Counted from the first letter of the stretch, positions 52,069-62,782 are shown. The stretch: DNA of 64,000 nucleotides from Polyangiaceae bacterium (GCA_050287085.1 JBNKBE010000013.1:1-64000), one strand, 5' to 3'. Numbers and translations: made by a program. The notes: generated by a model from the letters alone, not told the origin.

Positions 52069-53376
52069 CTACCGTGGAGCGTCCCCCGCCGCAGCTTGCG
52101 AGCCACGGCGGCTCTCAAGCCTCAATGCCGCCCATCCGGTAGGGAGCGCGAAAGCAAGCCCCGCTAGGAGTCCAAAGCCTCCGCCCATAGCAATGCGGTG
52201 CCATGCGGATGCGGAGTCCGCGGGCAGCATCGCCCCGAGCATGTCGAGCGGTAGCGCTAGGGCCCAGCCCAACATCGTGGCGAAGCTCCAAGCGCGCGTC
52301 CCACGCACGCGGCGCCCCAACTCCAAACGCTGGAAGAGCGCGATCAGTCCCCCGCCCAGCGCGCCTCCAACAGCGCTGAAGAGCAACACCGCACCCAGCG
52401 CAGGTTCGGGTGCGGGCTGGATGCCCGTCGAAGGCCCAGCGAGGAAAGTAGATGGGGCCATCCCAAGCGCCCATCCCAGCATGGCGGGGAGCGCCGTATT
52501 GCGGGCAAAAGTCCCCACTCGCAGTGACGGAACAACACGTTTGAGCATGGAGCCTTGTGCCAGCCCGATGAGTCCACCTTCGATCAAGCCGATCGTGAGA
52601 AAGAGGGCAAACACCAAGAGCCTTGCCGCCGTAGTCTCCGGCTCACCCATAATCTGGAACAAGCCCACGCCAGCCGCCGCAGCAAGTCCAATCCCCACGA
52701 ACTCAGCCAGAGCGCAGCGGACGAGCCACAAACCCCAGAACGCACCGGGTCGCGGCGTTGAGAAGACGAAGAAGCTCGGCCCCGCCTGCTGCCGCTCGGC
52801 AAGTTCGACCAAGGCGTGCGCCAGGTCAGCGCGAGCGCAAGCATCCAGAAATCCGATGACCGTCTGCTCAACAACCGCTGGACCCAGCGCAGCTCGCGGG
52901 CCGTCGCTCAGCCGAGGCGGTCGAACAAGCGTTACGTCGAGCCCACTTCGGAGAAGCTCATCTTCCAGAATGTGTCGATCGGCGCGCAGGGCGCGGATGC
53001 TGGACATCCGGATCATGCGGCGGTAGGCCCATCCAAGAAAGCGCTCCTGGGCCTGCATCGCCCCGGTCACGATCACAAGTCGCGAAACCTGACTTCGCCT
53101 CATCGCTGTCACCAAGACCTCCGCCATGCGGGAGTCCTGGTCGGGCGCGGTGCCTCGCGAGGGCCCCACCGCACAGATCACCGCGTCCGCGCCGCGACAT
53201 AGGTTCGCGACCGCCTCCACGTCGAGGGCATCCCCCTCCACAAGCGCTACGCGCTCCGGCAGCGGAGCCGGGCTGCGCAACAAGGCCACGACATCATGGC
53301 CGCGCGCCCCTGCTTCGTCGACAACACGTCGCCCCGTCCGTCCGCCTGCGCCTAAGACTGCCAATTTCACGTCCAC
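52069..53376 (-). CDS. NAD(P)H-binding oxidoreductase (YwnB/BLVRB-like) fused to a multi-TM domain
   Basis: LGAGGRTG...GHDVVAL.R, GDALD, TLVRPPRL; about six hydrophobic helices in the C-terminal half. Confidence 0.75.
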   Translation of the reverse strand: MDVKLAVLGAGGRTGRRVVDEAGARGHDVVALLRSPAPLPERVALVEGDALDVEAVANLCRGADAVICAVGPSRGTAPDQDSRMAEVLVTAMRRSQVSRLVIVTGAMQAQERFLGWAYRRMIRMSSIRALRADRHILEDELLRSGLDVTLVRPPRLSDGPRAALGPAVVEQTVIGFLDACARADLAHALVELAERQQAGPSFFVFSTPRPGAFWGLWLVRCALAEFVGIGLAAAAGVGLFQIMGEPETTAARLLVFALFLTIGLIEGGLIGLAQGSMLKRVVPSLRVGTFARNTALPAMLGWALGMAPSTFLAGPSTGIQPAPEPALGAVLLFSAVGGALGGGLIALFQRLELGRRVRGTRAWSFATMLGWALALPLDMLGAMLPADSASAWHRIAMGGGFGLLAGLAFALPTGWAALRLESRRGSQAAAGDAPR

Positions 53377-53458
53377 AGCCTACGCCACAATCCATCAGAA
53401 GCCGCCGTCCGCGTGAATAATGGTGAAAAGGGGCCAAGCGATGTCTGGGCTTGCTGCC

Positions 53459-53477
53459 TGTAACTTGTTCGGTTACA
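53459..53477. promoter_or_regulatory. Palindrome TGTAAC-N7-GTTACA
   Basis: Perfect arms, located between divergent genes. Confidence 0.65.
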
Positions 53478-53487
53478 TGGTAGCTAG

Positions 53488-55017
53488 ATGGGCCACGCAA
53501 ACGGGCCAGTAGCAGCTGCAATAGCAAACGAGCCCGCGTCGCCGCGTTTTATCGGACGGCAGTTGGCGCTTGGCTTTGGCTCGGTGAGTCTTGTCGCCAT
53601 TGCGATGTGTGCGCTCCTGGTATGGGTGATTCAAGACGTGGCTGGCTCGGTAGCCTCGATGCGCCACGACGAGGCATCCATCCGCCAGGGTATGGAGCTT
53701 TCGGCCGCAGTGCGAGGAATGGCGCTGCACATCGCCCAGTCACTGCTCGAAGGCGATAGCTCACCTCCTAGGCGCTACGAACTGGCCCGCGACCGGGTGC
53801 GAGAGCGTATCCAAACGTTGGCAACGCGCATTCCGAAAAGCGAGCGGCACCGCTTGGTAGCGCTCGGCAATACGACGCAGCACATGCATGAACTGCTGAT
53901 AGCCTCAGCGTTGCCGGCGGCGCGCCGCGGCGACCTCGAAACGGTACGAGCCGTGCACCGAGAGCTCGACCACTTGGGCACGGACGCCGCACGTCAAGCA
54001 GATGCCTTAGCTTCGCTCACGACTCGCCAGATGGCGTATGCGCATGACGATGCAACCAGCTCAACGCGGCTCGGCTTGTGGGGCGGTGGCCTGTGTGCGG
54101 TTCTCATCGTCGTTCTGTCCGGCCTGTTCACCCACCGACTCCGAAGCGTTGTGCTAAGGCCCCTGCAGGCCTTGACGGATGCCGCCCTCCGATATGGCCG
54201 CGGCGAATTTGCTTTTCGAGTCGGTAGCGTTGGCAAAGGAGAATACGCAACCCTCGGGGCTGCATTCTCTCATATGGCGGATGAACTGGCGACGCGCGAA
54301 GCCAAGCTGCTGCACAATGAAAGAATGGCAGTGCTTGGACAGCTTGCTGCGGGCGTCGCCCACGAACTCAACAATCCAATCGCGATTATTCGCGGCTATC
54401 TGAAGACCATGAGCCCCACGGAGGATCCGGCAACGCTGGGTGAAGAGCTCGCCATCCTGGACGAGGAAGCGGGTCACTGCCAACGCATTGCCGACGATCT
54501 TCTCAGCTATGCCCGCGTTGAGGATCTCGTTCTAGATGCGCTCCCCATCAAGAGCTTCCTGGAGGAAACGCGGGAACGCTACCAGGTCTCCACGGGCGCC
54601 GCACCCATCGAGCTCGTGGCGGACGAAGCAATAGTCCGCGTCGACCCGGCGCGACTGCGACAGGTGCTCCTGAACCTGCTACACAACGCAGCACAAGTCT
54701 CCCCCCCGGAAGCGGCGGTTCGGATCCACGGTCGCCTTCGCGCGGGACAATATCAGCTCGAGGTGCTCGATCAGGGGCCCGGGGTCGCAGACGTCGACAA
54801 GCAGCGGATATTCGAACCCTTCTTCAGCAACAAGAAAGGCGGAACGGGTCTTGGTCTCGCCGTATGTCAAGGGATCATCAACGCCCACGGAGGTCGCATC
54901 GAGGTCGACGACGCCCCCGGCGGGGGTGCGCTATTTCGCCTCGTACTCCCCCTCGACTCCCGCCAGGCGCCACCGGCACGAAGCGTGACGGAGCCGAGCG
55001 ACGGAGACCTGCCATGA
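53488..55017 (+). CDS. Sensor histidine kinase (HAMP, His-rich periplasmic domain; CorS-like)
   Basis: Two TMs, AHELNNP, QVLLNLLHNA, DQGPG, GTGLGL. Confidence 0.93.
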   Translation: MGHANGPVAAAIANEPASPRFIGRQLALGFGSVSLVAIAMCALLVWVIQDVAGSVASMRHDEASIRQGMELSAAVRGMALHIAQSLLEGDSSPPRRYELARDRVRERIQTLATRIPKSERHRLVALGNTTQHMHELLIASALPAARRGDLETVRAVHRELDHLGTDAARQADALASLTTRQMAYAHDDATSSTRLGLWGGGLCAVLIVVLSGLFTHRLRSVVLRPLQALTDAALRYGRGEFAFRVGSVGKGEYATLGAAFSHMADELATREAKLLHNERMAVLGQLAAGVAHELNNPIAIIRGYLKTMSPTEDPATLGEELAILDEEAGHCQRIADDLLSYARVEDLVLDALPIKSFLEETRERYQVSTGAAPIELVADEAIVRVDPARLRQVLLNLLHNAAQVSPPEAAVRIHGRLRAGQYQLEVLDQGPGVADVDKQRIFEPFFSNKKGGTGLGLAVCQGIINAHGGRIEVDDAPGGGALFRLVLPLDSRQAPPARSVTEPSDGDLP

Positions 55018-56492
55018 GCCAACAGCGCCCCACGCTACTGATAGTGGACGACAAGAAGAACATGACCCGCCTGATGGCCAAGGTCATGAAGGACGATGCG
55101 CAGGTTTGCGCGGCTCACAACGGGGCCGACGCCCTTCGCATCCTCGCCAGCCAACACGTCGACGTTGTTCTATGTGATCTCAAGATGCCGGATATGGATG
55201 GCCTCGACGTCTTGCGCGCCTGCCGCAAGCTTCGGCCCCGGGCCGAATTCGTCCTGATGACAGCCTATGCTACGGTCGGCACGGCAGTGGAAGCGCTCAA
55301 GCTGGGAGCCTACGACTACCTCAGCAAACCGTTTGAACCGGCTGCTGCCCGTGGGGTATTGCTACAAGCCCTATCGCGAGCGCGCCTAGCGGGTCCCAAA
55401 GAAGACAGCTCGTTAGAGGTACTGCCCGGGGTTATCGCACGCTCTCGCATCATGCAGGAACTAGCGGAGTTCGTGCAGCGCGTGGCCGAGAGCGATGCGA
55501 CAACGCTGCTCCTGGGTGAAAGCGGCACGGGAAAAGAACGCCTCGCTCGCGCCGTACACGAGCTCTCCGCTCGCTCCGCCAAACGCTTCGTTGCCCTCAA
55601 CTGTGCAGCCGTCCCCGCGGATTTGATGGAAAGCGAGCTCTTCGGGAGCGCCAAAGGCGCGTTCACGGGCGCGACAACCGACCGCAAGGGGCTCTTCGAA
55701 GAAGCACACGGAGGCAGTCTGTTTCTGGACGAAATTGGCGACATGCGTCCGTCGCTGCAAGCCAAACTCACCCGCGCACTGGAGGAACGAGCGGTGCGCC
55801 GGGTCGGAGAAGCCAAAGAGCGCTCCGTTGACGTGAGGCTCATCGCCGCCACGCACCGCGACTTGGAAGCGATGGTCAAGAGCGGAGCGTTTCGAGAAGA
55901 TCTGTGGTACCGCCTCAACGTCGCCCTCGTCGCGGTCCCCCCGCTTCGGGAGCGGAAAGAGGATATCTCACTGCTGGCCCACTATTTCCTCAAGCACTAC
56001 GCAGGGCGAAACCATGGGCAAGCGATCCGGGGGTTTTCGCCGTCAGCGATGCAAGCACTGAACGCATTCGACTGGCCTGGCAACGTGCGGCAGCTGCGTT
56101 CGGCGGTGGAGCGCGCCTGCGTCGTGGCACGCGCAGATGAAATTGACCTTGCCGATCTCCCCCCCGAGGTGTCGCGCGCGATGACACCCCCCAACGACGA
56201 CCCGTCGCTCCTCCACGGCACTTGGGCGCAGGCGCTGGAACGGGGTCGAACGGACGCCGGCAAGCGATATCTCGAAGGGTTGATGGCGCACTTCCAGGGG
56301 CAGGTGGCTGAAGCCGCCGCCCACGCTGGCGTCGAACGGGAGAGCTTCTACCGCCTGCTGCGGAAGCACGGCGTTGACGCCGCCGTGTTTCGCGCCCTCG
56401 CAAGCACCAAAGCGCAGGTAGCCTCTGGCTCGGCTCCCGACATGCGGCGAAAAACAGTCCCTCCCGCCTCTATTCGCCCCCAGAAGCTGTAA
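55014..56492 (+). CDS. NtrC-family sigma54-dependent response regulator
   Basis: Receiver DLKMP, GESGTGKE, GAFTGA, FLDEIG, WPGNVRQL, C-terminal HTH. Confidence 0.95.
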   Translation: MSQQRPTLLIVDDKKNMTRLMAKVMKDDAQVCAAHNGADALRILASQHVDVVLCDLKMPDMDGLDVLRACRKLRPRAEFVLMTAYATVGTAVEALKLGAYDYLSKPFEPAAARGVLLQALSRARLAGPKEDSSLEVLPGVIARSRIMQELAEFVQRVAESDATTLLLGESGTGKERLARAVHELSARSAKRFVALNCAAVPADLMESELFGSAKGAFTGATTDRKGLFEEAHGGSLFLDEIGDMRPSLQAKLTRALEERAVRRVGEAKERSVDVRLIAATHRDLEAMVKSGAFREDLWYRLNVALVAVPPLRERKEDISLLAHYFLKHYAGRNHGQAIRGFSPSAMQALNAFDWPGNVRQLRSAVERACVVARADEIDLADLPPEVSRAMTPPNDDPSLLHGTWAQALERGRTDAGKRYLEGLMAHFQGQVAEAAAHAGVERESFYRLLRKHGVDAAVFRALASTKAQVASGSAPDMRRKTVPPASIRPQKL

Positions 56493-56526
56493 CCTACTCC
56501 GTCACTTCGTGACCCGGAAGGTTACA
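56488..56526. promoter_or_regulatory. Tandem enhancer (UAS) candidates
   Basis: TGTAAC-N7-GTCACT (56488-56506) and CGTGAC-N7-GTTACA (56508-56526). Confidence 0.65.
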
Positions 56527-56589
56527 AAGCGCTCCCCTTCGCTCCGAAGCTTCGCCGAGGAACGATAACATTTCAGCAGCTTGCACTAC

Positions 56590-56605
56590 AGGCATACATA
56601 TTGCT
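56590..56605 (+). promoter_or_regulatory. sigma54 (-24/-12) promoter
   Basis: AGGCATACATATTGCT = GG-N10-GC. Confidence 0.75.
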
Positions 56606-56658
56606 TCTGCCGCACGTAGACCGCCGAGCCACGGCGCTTAGAGCATCCTGGAGGAGCC

Positions 56659-57072
56659 ATGAAACTACACCTTGCCCTAATGACAACGACCCTGATCGTT
56701 TTCAGTGCCTGCGACTCAAGCCCTGCGGGGGCGGCCAAGCCCGGCGCTACCAGCGATACACCGACCGACGAGGCGTCTGGCGAATCCCAAGCGGGCGCAC
56801 CCCAGCGGCGCATCACCGTCGCCGTGTCCGCCTCTGGCTACGAGCCAAGCACCCTGGAGGCGCCGGCCGGAAAACCTCTCACGCTCGTATTTCGACGCAC
56901 CACCGAAAAGGGGTGCGGCCAAGAAGTTGTCTTTCCACAACATGACATTCGTCGCAAACTGCCGCTCAATGAGGATGTCGAGATAGTGCTTACGCCCAAA
57001 GTGAACGAGCGCATCGCCTTCACCTGCGGGATGGGCATGTTTCGCGGCAGTGTGGTTGCCGTCGCGCACTAG
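56659..57072 (+). CDS. Cupredoxin-domain lipoprotein (CupA-like)
   Basis: FSAC lipobox; GYEPS, GCG, FTCGMGM; GGAGGAG RBS. Confidence 0.88.
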   Translation: MKLHLALMTTTLIVFSACDSSPAGAAKPGATSDTPTDEASGESQAGAPQRRITVAVSASGYEPSTLEAPAGKPLTLVFRRTTEKGCGQEVVFPQHDIRRKLPLNEDVEIVLTPKVNERIAFTCGMGMFRGSVVAVAH

Positions 57073-57125
57073 GGCGAGCGTCATCAGATCGAACTTCACT
57101 AGCTCGAGCGCAAGCTGGAAACTCC

Positions 57126-59021
57126 ATGGCTAAAAGCGATTTGCCGAAGGCGGCCTCACAACTCAAACGCTGGCTGAAAGTTCGCTCGGGGCACGTGCTT
57201 TGGTTGTTCGCAGGCATTGTTTTGGGCGTCGCCCTCGGCGCCGCCAGGTGCAGCGGCCCCGCAAAGGAAACGCACCACGCGGGGGAGGACTTGGCCAGTG
57301 CCGAGCAGACCGTGTGGACGTGTTCAATGCATCCACAGATACGCCAGCACGAGCCGGGTCAGTGCCCGATCTGCGGAATGGACCTCATCCCCGTGAGCAC
57401 TGCGACCGCGGGAAGCAGCGACGCAAACTCGGGTCGCGTCATGCTTTCGGATCGAGCTCGAGCCCTGGCGAGACTCACCACAACGGCAGTTCACCGGCAG
57501 AGCGACGCGGTAGCAGAGCTCCGTCTGCTCGGACGCGTAGAGCCCAACGAAACGACGCAGAAGACGGTCACCGCATGGACTGGGGGCCGCATCGACCGGC
57601 TACAAGTAAACGCTACAGGAGAACGCATACGTGCGGGGCAAGTTCTCGCAACCCTGTACAGTCCCGAGGTGTATACCGCACATCAAGACTTGCTTGTGGC
57701 CAAACGCCAAGTGGCCCGCCTGCAAGATAGTCCGGAGGCGACACAGCAGGCCGCTAGCTCCGCCCTAGAAGCCGCTCGCGAACGACTGCGTCTACTCGGG
57801 GTGCCGGACGATGCTCTCGCGCGAATGGAAAGCGAAGAGCGACCGACACGAGCTGTGCAAATCCGCACCCCGTTCTCGGGCACCGTCATCGAACGGCTGG
57901 CAAGCGAAGGCTCATACGTGTCGACCGGTACTCCCCTGTACCGCATCGCAAATCTGAATACGCTTTGGGTTCAGCTGGACGCATACGAAAACGACCTATC
58001 CCGCATCTCGCTCGGGCAGTCCGTTCGGATCTCGGTGGACGCCCTACCCGGGGAGGTATTCGAAGGAAAGATCACATTTGTCGAACCGACACTCGATACA
58101 TCCCGGCGGACTGCTCAAGTTCGCGTGCAGGTAGACAATCGAGACGGCCGCCTGCGCCCCGGCATGTTCGCAGAGGCCACCGTTGCGGCGGCGGAACCCG
58201 AAGGCGAACCAAGTCCACTGGTTGTACCCGCCACAACGCCGCTATTTACCGGACGCCGCGCCCTCGTCTACGTCGAGGTCGAAACGGGTGATCGGGTGGC
58301 CTACGAGCCACGCAGCGTGCGACTCGGCCCTCGTCTGGGCGATGTGTATCCCGTAGTAGCTGGGCTTTCGGAAGGGGAGCGCGTCGTGACTCGGGGCGCT
58401 TTTGCGCTGGACGCAGACCTCCAGATCCGCGGTGGGCCGAGCATGATGGCGTCTTCGGACGATTCGCAAGCCGGCGCGTGGGATGACGTTATCCATCTCG
58501 CTCCGGCGGAACGGCAGCTCCTCTCGCCCGTTGTCGCCGCTTACCTAGACGTTCAAGGCGCCCTTGCCGATGACGACCTGCCGAAGGCCAAAACGGCCGC
58601 AGCGGCGCTAGCGCGTGCGGCCGGTCTGGTTGAGCTGAAGCGCCTTCGCGAAGCGGAAAAGGCCTGGGCCGAGCTCGCGACCGCACTGAAAGGTCATGGC
58701 CAACATATCTCGAGCGCTGAAAACCTGGAACAAGCACGCGAAGGATTTGAACCTCTCAGCAAGGCGCTGATCGCCTTGCTGACCCGCTTCGGCAACCCCC
58801 TCGATCGCTCCGTGCACCTGGCCTATTGCCCCATGGCCTCAGGCAGCGATGGCGCGCTCTGGGTACAGGAGCCGGCGGAAATCGACAATTCTTACTTCGG
58901 CGCATCCATGCTCACGTGCGGTGAGATCCGTCAGGAGGTGACTCCCGGCGGATACCTCAGTTTGCCCCCAACCGTCAGTCCTAGTCCAAACGCCGCAGCG
59001 CCTGGAGGGCACGTTCATTGA
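57126..59021 (+). CDS. cusB: Heavy-metal RND periplasmic adaptor (CusB-like) with HMBD and DUF3347 domains
   Basis: WTCSMHPQI...CPICGMDL, LYSPE, LRPGMF, YCPMA...N.YFG..MLTCG. Confidence 0.88.
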   Translation: MAKSDLPKAASQLKRWLKVRSGHVLWLFAGIVLGVALGAARCSGPAKETHHAGEDLASAEQTVWTCSMHPQIRQHEPGQCPICGMDLIPVSTATAGSSDANSGRVMLSDRARALARLTTTAVHRQSDAVAELRLLGRVEPNETTQKTVTAWTGGRIDRLQVNATGERIRAGQVLATLYSPEVYTAHQDLLVAKRQVARLQDSPEATQQAASSALEAARERLRLLGVPDDALARMESEERPTRAVQIRTPFSGTVIERLASEGSYVSTGTPLYRIANLNTLWVQLDAYENDLSRISLGQSVRISVDALPGEVFEGKITFVEPTLDTSRRTAQVRVQVDNRDGRLRPGMFAEATVAAAEPEGEPSPLVVPATTPLFTGRRALVYVEVETGDRVAYEPRSVRLGPRLGDVYPVVAGLSEGERVVTRGAFALDADLQIRGGPSMMASSDDSQAGAWDDVIHLAPAERQLLSPVVAAYLDVQGALADDDLPKAKTAAAALARAAGLVELKRLREAEKAWAELATALKGHGQHISSAENLEQAREGFEPLSKALIALLTRFGNPLDRSVHLAYCPMASGSDGALWVQEPAEIDNSYFGASMLTCGEIRQEVTPGGYLSLPPTVSPSPNAAAPGGHVH

Positions 59022-62000
59022 CGCCCGGCAGCGATAGCGATGGTGCTGCCCCTCGCGGGCTTTGGGAAGCCCTCATCGGCTGGTTTATCGACAACCGCTT
59101 GATCGTCTTCTTGCTCACAGTGCTACTGGTAGGCGCGGGGACTTATGTAGCGCCCTTCTCCATTCAGAGCGACGCCTTCCCGCGTGATCCGGTGCCTGTA
59201 GACGCGATCCCGGACATCGGAGAAAATCAGCAGATCGTCTTCACCGAGTGGCCCGGACGATCCCCGCGAGACATCGAAGACCAGATCACCTACCCGCTCA
59301 CCACGGCGCTGCTCGGGATCCCTGGCGTGCGCACCGTCCGCAGTTCGTCCGCGTTCGGCTTCTCGACGCTCTACGTCATCTTCAATGACGACGTCGAATT
59401 CTACTGGTCGCGCTCTAGGGTTCTAGAAAAGCTGGCGTCCCTTCCTCCCGGCACCGTACCGGAGGGTGTTACCCCAACGCTGGGTCCGGACGCGACCGCT
59501 CTCGGTCAGATATTCTGGTACACTCTCGAGGGACAAGATCCGAGCGGAAAGACCGTCGGTGGTTGGGATCCCGACGAACTGCGCAGCGTCCAAGATTGGA
59601 CCGTGCGCTATGCGCTGCAGTCGGTCGAAGGAGTGAGCGAAGTCGCATCGGTAGGCGGTTTCGTACAAGAATACCAAGTGGACGTCGATCCGGAGGCGAT
59701 GCGTGCGCACGGGGTGACGCTCGCGCAGGTGGCCAACGCGGTCCGAAGCAGCAATCTCGACGTCGGAGCCCGAACCCTTGAAGTTAACGGGGTTGAATAC
59801 GTCGTTCGTGGGATCGGTTTCGTGGAAAAGCTCGAAGATCTCGAAGCGACGGTGGTCGTTGCCCGAGAGCACACGCCGATTCGCATCCGCGACGTGGGGC
59901 GAGTCGCCATCGGCCCAGCCCTGAGACGCGGGGCTCTGGACGACGAGGGCGCCCCCGCGGTCGGGGGCGTTGTCGTGGCTCGCTACATGGAAAATCCGCT
60001 CGCCGTCATTTCCGCTGTGAAGGCGAAAATTGCCCAGGTGCAGGCGGGGCTTCCCAGCCGCGTGCTGGAAGATGGAACGAAGAGCCAGATCACGATCGTA
60101 CCGTTCTACGACCGCACGACGCTGATCGAAGAGACACTTGGGACGCTGTCAACCGCACTCTATCAGGAGATTCTCATCTCGCTGATCGTGGTACTGATCA
60201 TGCTGCGCAACCTGCGCAGCTCGCTGCTCATCTCGACCATGTTGCCCCTGGGCGTGCTCGCTGCGTTCGTGGTGATGAAAATCTCCGGCGTCGATGCGAA
60301 CATCATGGCGCTCGGTGGGGTCGCCATCGCGATCGGAACAATGGTCGATATCGGCATCGTTTTCGTCGAGAACATCAGTCAACACCTGGAATCGGCACCT
60401 CCCAATACGGAACGTAGGATGATCGTGCGGCGCGCGACTGCAGAGGTCGCGCCCGCGGTGATGACTTCGGTGCTCACCACCGTGGTCAGCTTTCTGCCTG
60501 TCTTTGGCCTGTCCTCCACGGAACTGCGACTCTTTGCCCCGCTGGCGTTCACAAAGACGTTCGCGATGACGAGCACGCTGCTACTCGCCCTCATCGTGCT
60601 CCCGGGTGCCGCGCTCTTGGTTCTGCGCGAGCGACCCGGTCCCGTCGTTCAGGTCGGTGGGAAAGTGCGCCGCATCCTGCGCTCGGTCCTGCGCGTCGAG
60701 CACCTAAGGGACTGGTTGCTGCTGGCCCTTGGCCTCTTCGTATTGGCCTACTACTCCTGGACTGGCCTACTGGTGGCGGCGCTCGGAGCATACCGACTCG
60801 CGCGCCCCGGGGTTACGGCGGCCGTCAAGCGCAATGCCACGCGACTGGAAAACGCTGCCGCCGTCGTCGTCGTTGCGCTGCTGCTCACCGAAGATTGGCT
60901 ACCCCTGGGCAGAAGTCAGGGCCTATTCATCAATATCGTGTTCGTCTTCCTCCTCATAGCTTCGGTGATGGGGACCTTCCGCCTATTCGAGTCGTTCTAC
61001 CCCCGACTGCTCGGAGCCCTACTCCAGCGCAAACTGCTATTCCTTTCCTTTCCGGTCGTGCTCTGCGTGTTTGGCGCCAGCGCGTGGCTCGGCACCGATA
61101 CGGTATTTGGCTTTCTACCCAAAGGGGTACTTGCGAGTCAGCCGCTTCGCGCAGCAGCTGCCGCACTGCCGGGTTTCGGTCGGGAATACATGCCCCCCTT
61201 CGACGAGGGTTCCTACTTGTACATGCCCACGACGATGCCCCACGCGTCGATAGGAGAAGTACTCGGCATGCTGTCAAACATGGACTCGGCAATTGCACAA
61301 ATTCCGGAAGTAGACCGCGTGGTGGGGAAGCTGGGGCGTGCCGACAGCGCCCTCGACCCGGCGCCGCTGTCCATGGTGGAAACGGTGATCACGTACAAGA
61401 CCGAGTACCGCGTCAACGACGACGGTTCCCGCGTGCGGCAATGGAGAGATCACATCCACACACCGCGTGACATCTGGAACGAGATCGTGCGCGCAGCCGA
61501 GCATCCAGGCATGACGAGCGCGCCCACGCTCATGCCAATCAATGCGCGCATCGTCATGCTTCAAAGTGGCATGCGCGCTCCGATGGGTATCAAAGTGCAC
61601 GGTCCGAGCTTGGAGACCATCGAGGTCTTCGGACTGGAGCTCGCGAAGGTGCTGGAGGCGGTACCGGCAGTGAGATCCGAGACAGTATTCGCCGACCGCG
61701 TTGTCGGCAAACCGTACCTAGAAATCGAACTGGATAGGGAGGCAATCGGACGTTTCGGCCTGACGATAGCGAGTGTCCAAAACGTACTCCAAGTGGCACT
61801 TGGAGGCATGGCCTTGACCCAGACCGTCGAAGGGCGTGAACGCTATCCAGTGCGCGTTCGCTATATGCGCGAAGAACGTGATAGCCTCGAAGCACTCGAG
61901 CGCATCTTTGTGCCCACCCCGAGCAACGAACAAATCCCGCTCGTCCAACTTTCCCAGATCCGCTACGTGCGCGGACCGCAGGTTATCAAGTCGGAGGACA

Positions 62001-62782
62001 CGTTTCTCACAAGCTATGTGCTCTTCGATCGACAACCCGACGTAGCCGAAGTCGATGCGGTGTTGCAGGCCAAACGCGCCATTCAAGAGGCTATTGAGGC
62101 CGGAAAGGTGACGGTCCCGGCGGGCGTGAGCTTCGAGTTTTCCGGCAGCTACGAAAACCAAGTCAGAAGTGAAAAGCGACTCCTATTGCTCATCCCCATA
62201 GCGCTCGTCCTGGTTTTCATCCTGCTCTATCTGCAGTTTCATCGTATCGCCACGAGTCTCATCATCTACTCGGGGGTGGCGGTCGCGGTGTCGGGCGGCT
62301 TTGGACTGCTGTGGCTCTACGGTCAACCCTGGTTTCTCGACTTCGAGCTGTTCTCGACTCCGATGCGCGACTTGTTTCAGGTGGGCGGCGTCAACATGTC
62401 GGTGGCCGTATGGATCGGCTTCATCGCGCTGATCGGCATCGCCACCGATGATGGGGTGGTCATGTCGACCTACCTGAAGCAGCGCTTCGACCAAGAGCCC
62501 CCGCGAACGCGTGAGGAAGTCCGGGAGCGCACACTCGAAGCCGGCGTGCGCCGAGTGCGCCCTTGTTTGATGACCACGGCCACCACAATTCTTGCGCTGC
62601 TGCCGGTCATTACGTCCCAGGGACGGGGCTCCGACATCATGGTGCCGATGGCGTTGCCTTCGGTGGGAGGCATGGCCGTTGAGCTGCTGACCCTGTTCGT
62701 GGTGCCAGTGCTGTATTGTGCGCTGGAAGAACGCAAAGTGGCGCGCGCGCAGCCCCCCGGAACAACAACCCCTCAGGGGTAG
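59018..62782 (+). CDS. cusA: Heavy-metal RND permease (CusA/SilA-like)
   Basis: VDAIPD, ITYPL, LGPDAT, AIGTMVD, EGSYLYMP, RVRPCLMT. Confidence 0.92.
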   Translation: MTPGSDSDGAAPRGLWEALIGWFIDNRLIVFLLTVLLVGAGTYVAPFSIQSDAFPRDPVPVDAIPDIGENQQIVFTEWPGRSPRDIEDQITYPLTTALLGIPGVRTVRSSSAFGFSTLYVIFNDDVEFYWSRSRVLEKLASLPPGTVPEGVTPTLGPDATALGQIFWYTLEGQDPSGKTVGGWDPDELRSVQDWTVRYALQSVEGVSEVASVGGFVQEYQVDVDPEAMRAHGVTLAQVANAVRSSNLDVGARTLEVNGVEYVVRGIGFVEKLEDLEATVVVAREHTPIRIRDVGRVAIGPALRRGALDDEGAPAVGGVVVARYMENPLAVISAVKAKIAQVQAGLPSRVLEDGTKSQITIVPFYDRTTLIEETLGTLSTALYQEILISLIVVLIMLRNLRSSLLISTMLPLGVLAAFVVMKISGVDANIMALGGVAIAIGTMVDIGIVFVENISQHLESAPPNTERRMIVRRATAEVAPAVMTSVLTTVVSFLPVFGLSSTELRLFAPLAFTKTFAMTSTLLLALIVLPGAALLVLRERPGPVVQVGGKVRRILRSVLRVEHLRDWLLLALGLFVLAYYSWTGLLVAALGAYRLARPGVTAAVKRNATRLENAAAVVVVALLLTEDWLPLGRSQGLFINIVFVFLLIASVMGTFRLFESFYPRLLGALLQRKLLFLSFPVVLCVFGASAWLGTDTVFGFLPKGVLASQPLRAAAAALPGFGREYMPPFDEGSYLYMPTTMPHASIGEVLGMLSNMDSAIAQIPEVDRVVGKLGRADSALDPAPLSMVETVITYKTEYRVNDDGSRVRQWRDHIHTPRDIWNEIVRAAEHPGMTSAPTLMPINARIVMLQSGMRAPMGIKVHGPSLETIEVFGLELAKVLEAVPAVRSETVFADRVVGKPYLEIELDREAIGRFGLTIASVQNVLQVALGGMALTQTVEGRERYPVRVRYMREERDSLEALERIFVPTPSNEQIPLVQLSQIRYVRGPQVIKSEDTFLTSYVLFDRQPDVAEVDAVLQAKRAIQEAIEAGKVTVPAGVSFEFSGSYENQVRSEKRLLLLIPIALVLVFILLYLQFHRIATSLIIYSGVAVAVSGGFGLLWLYGQPWFLDFELFSTPMRDLFQVGGVNMSVAVWIGFIALIGIATDDGVVMSTYLKQRFDQEPPRTREEVRERTLEAGVRRVRPCLMTTATTILALLPVITSQGRGSDIMVPMALPSVGGMAVELLTLFVVPVLYCALEERKVARAQPPGTTTPQG

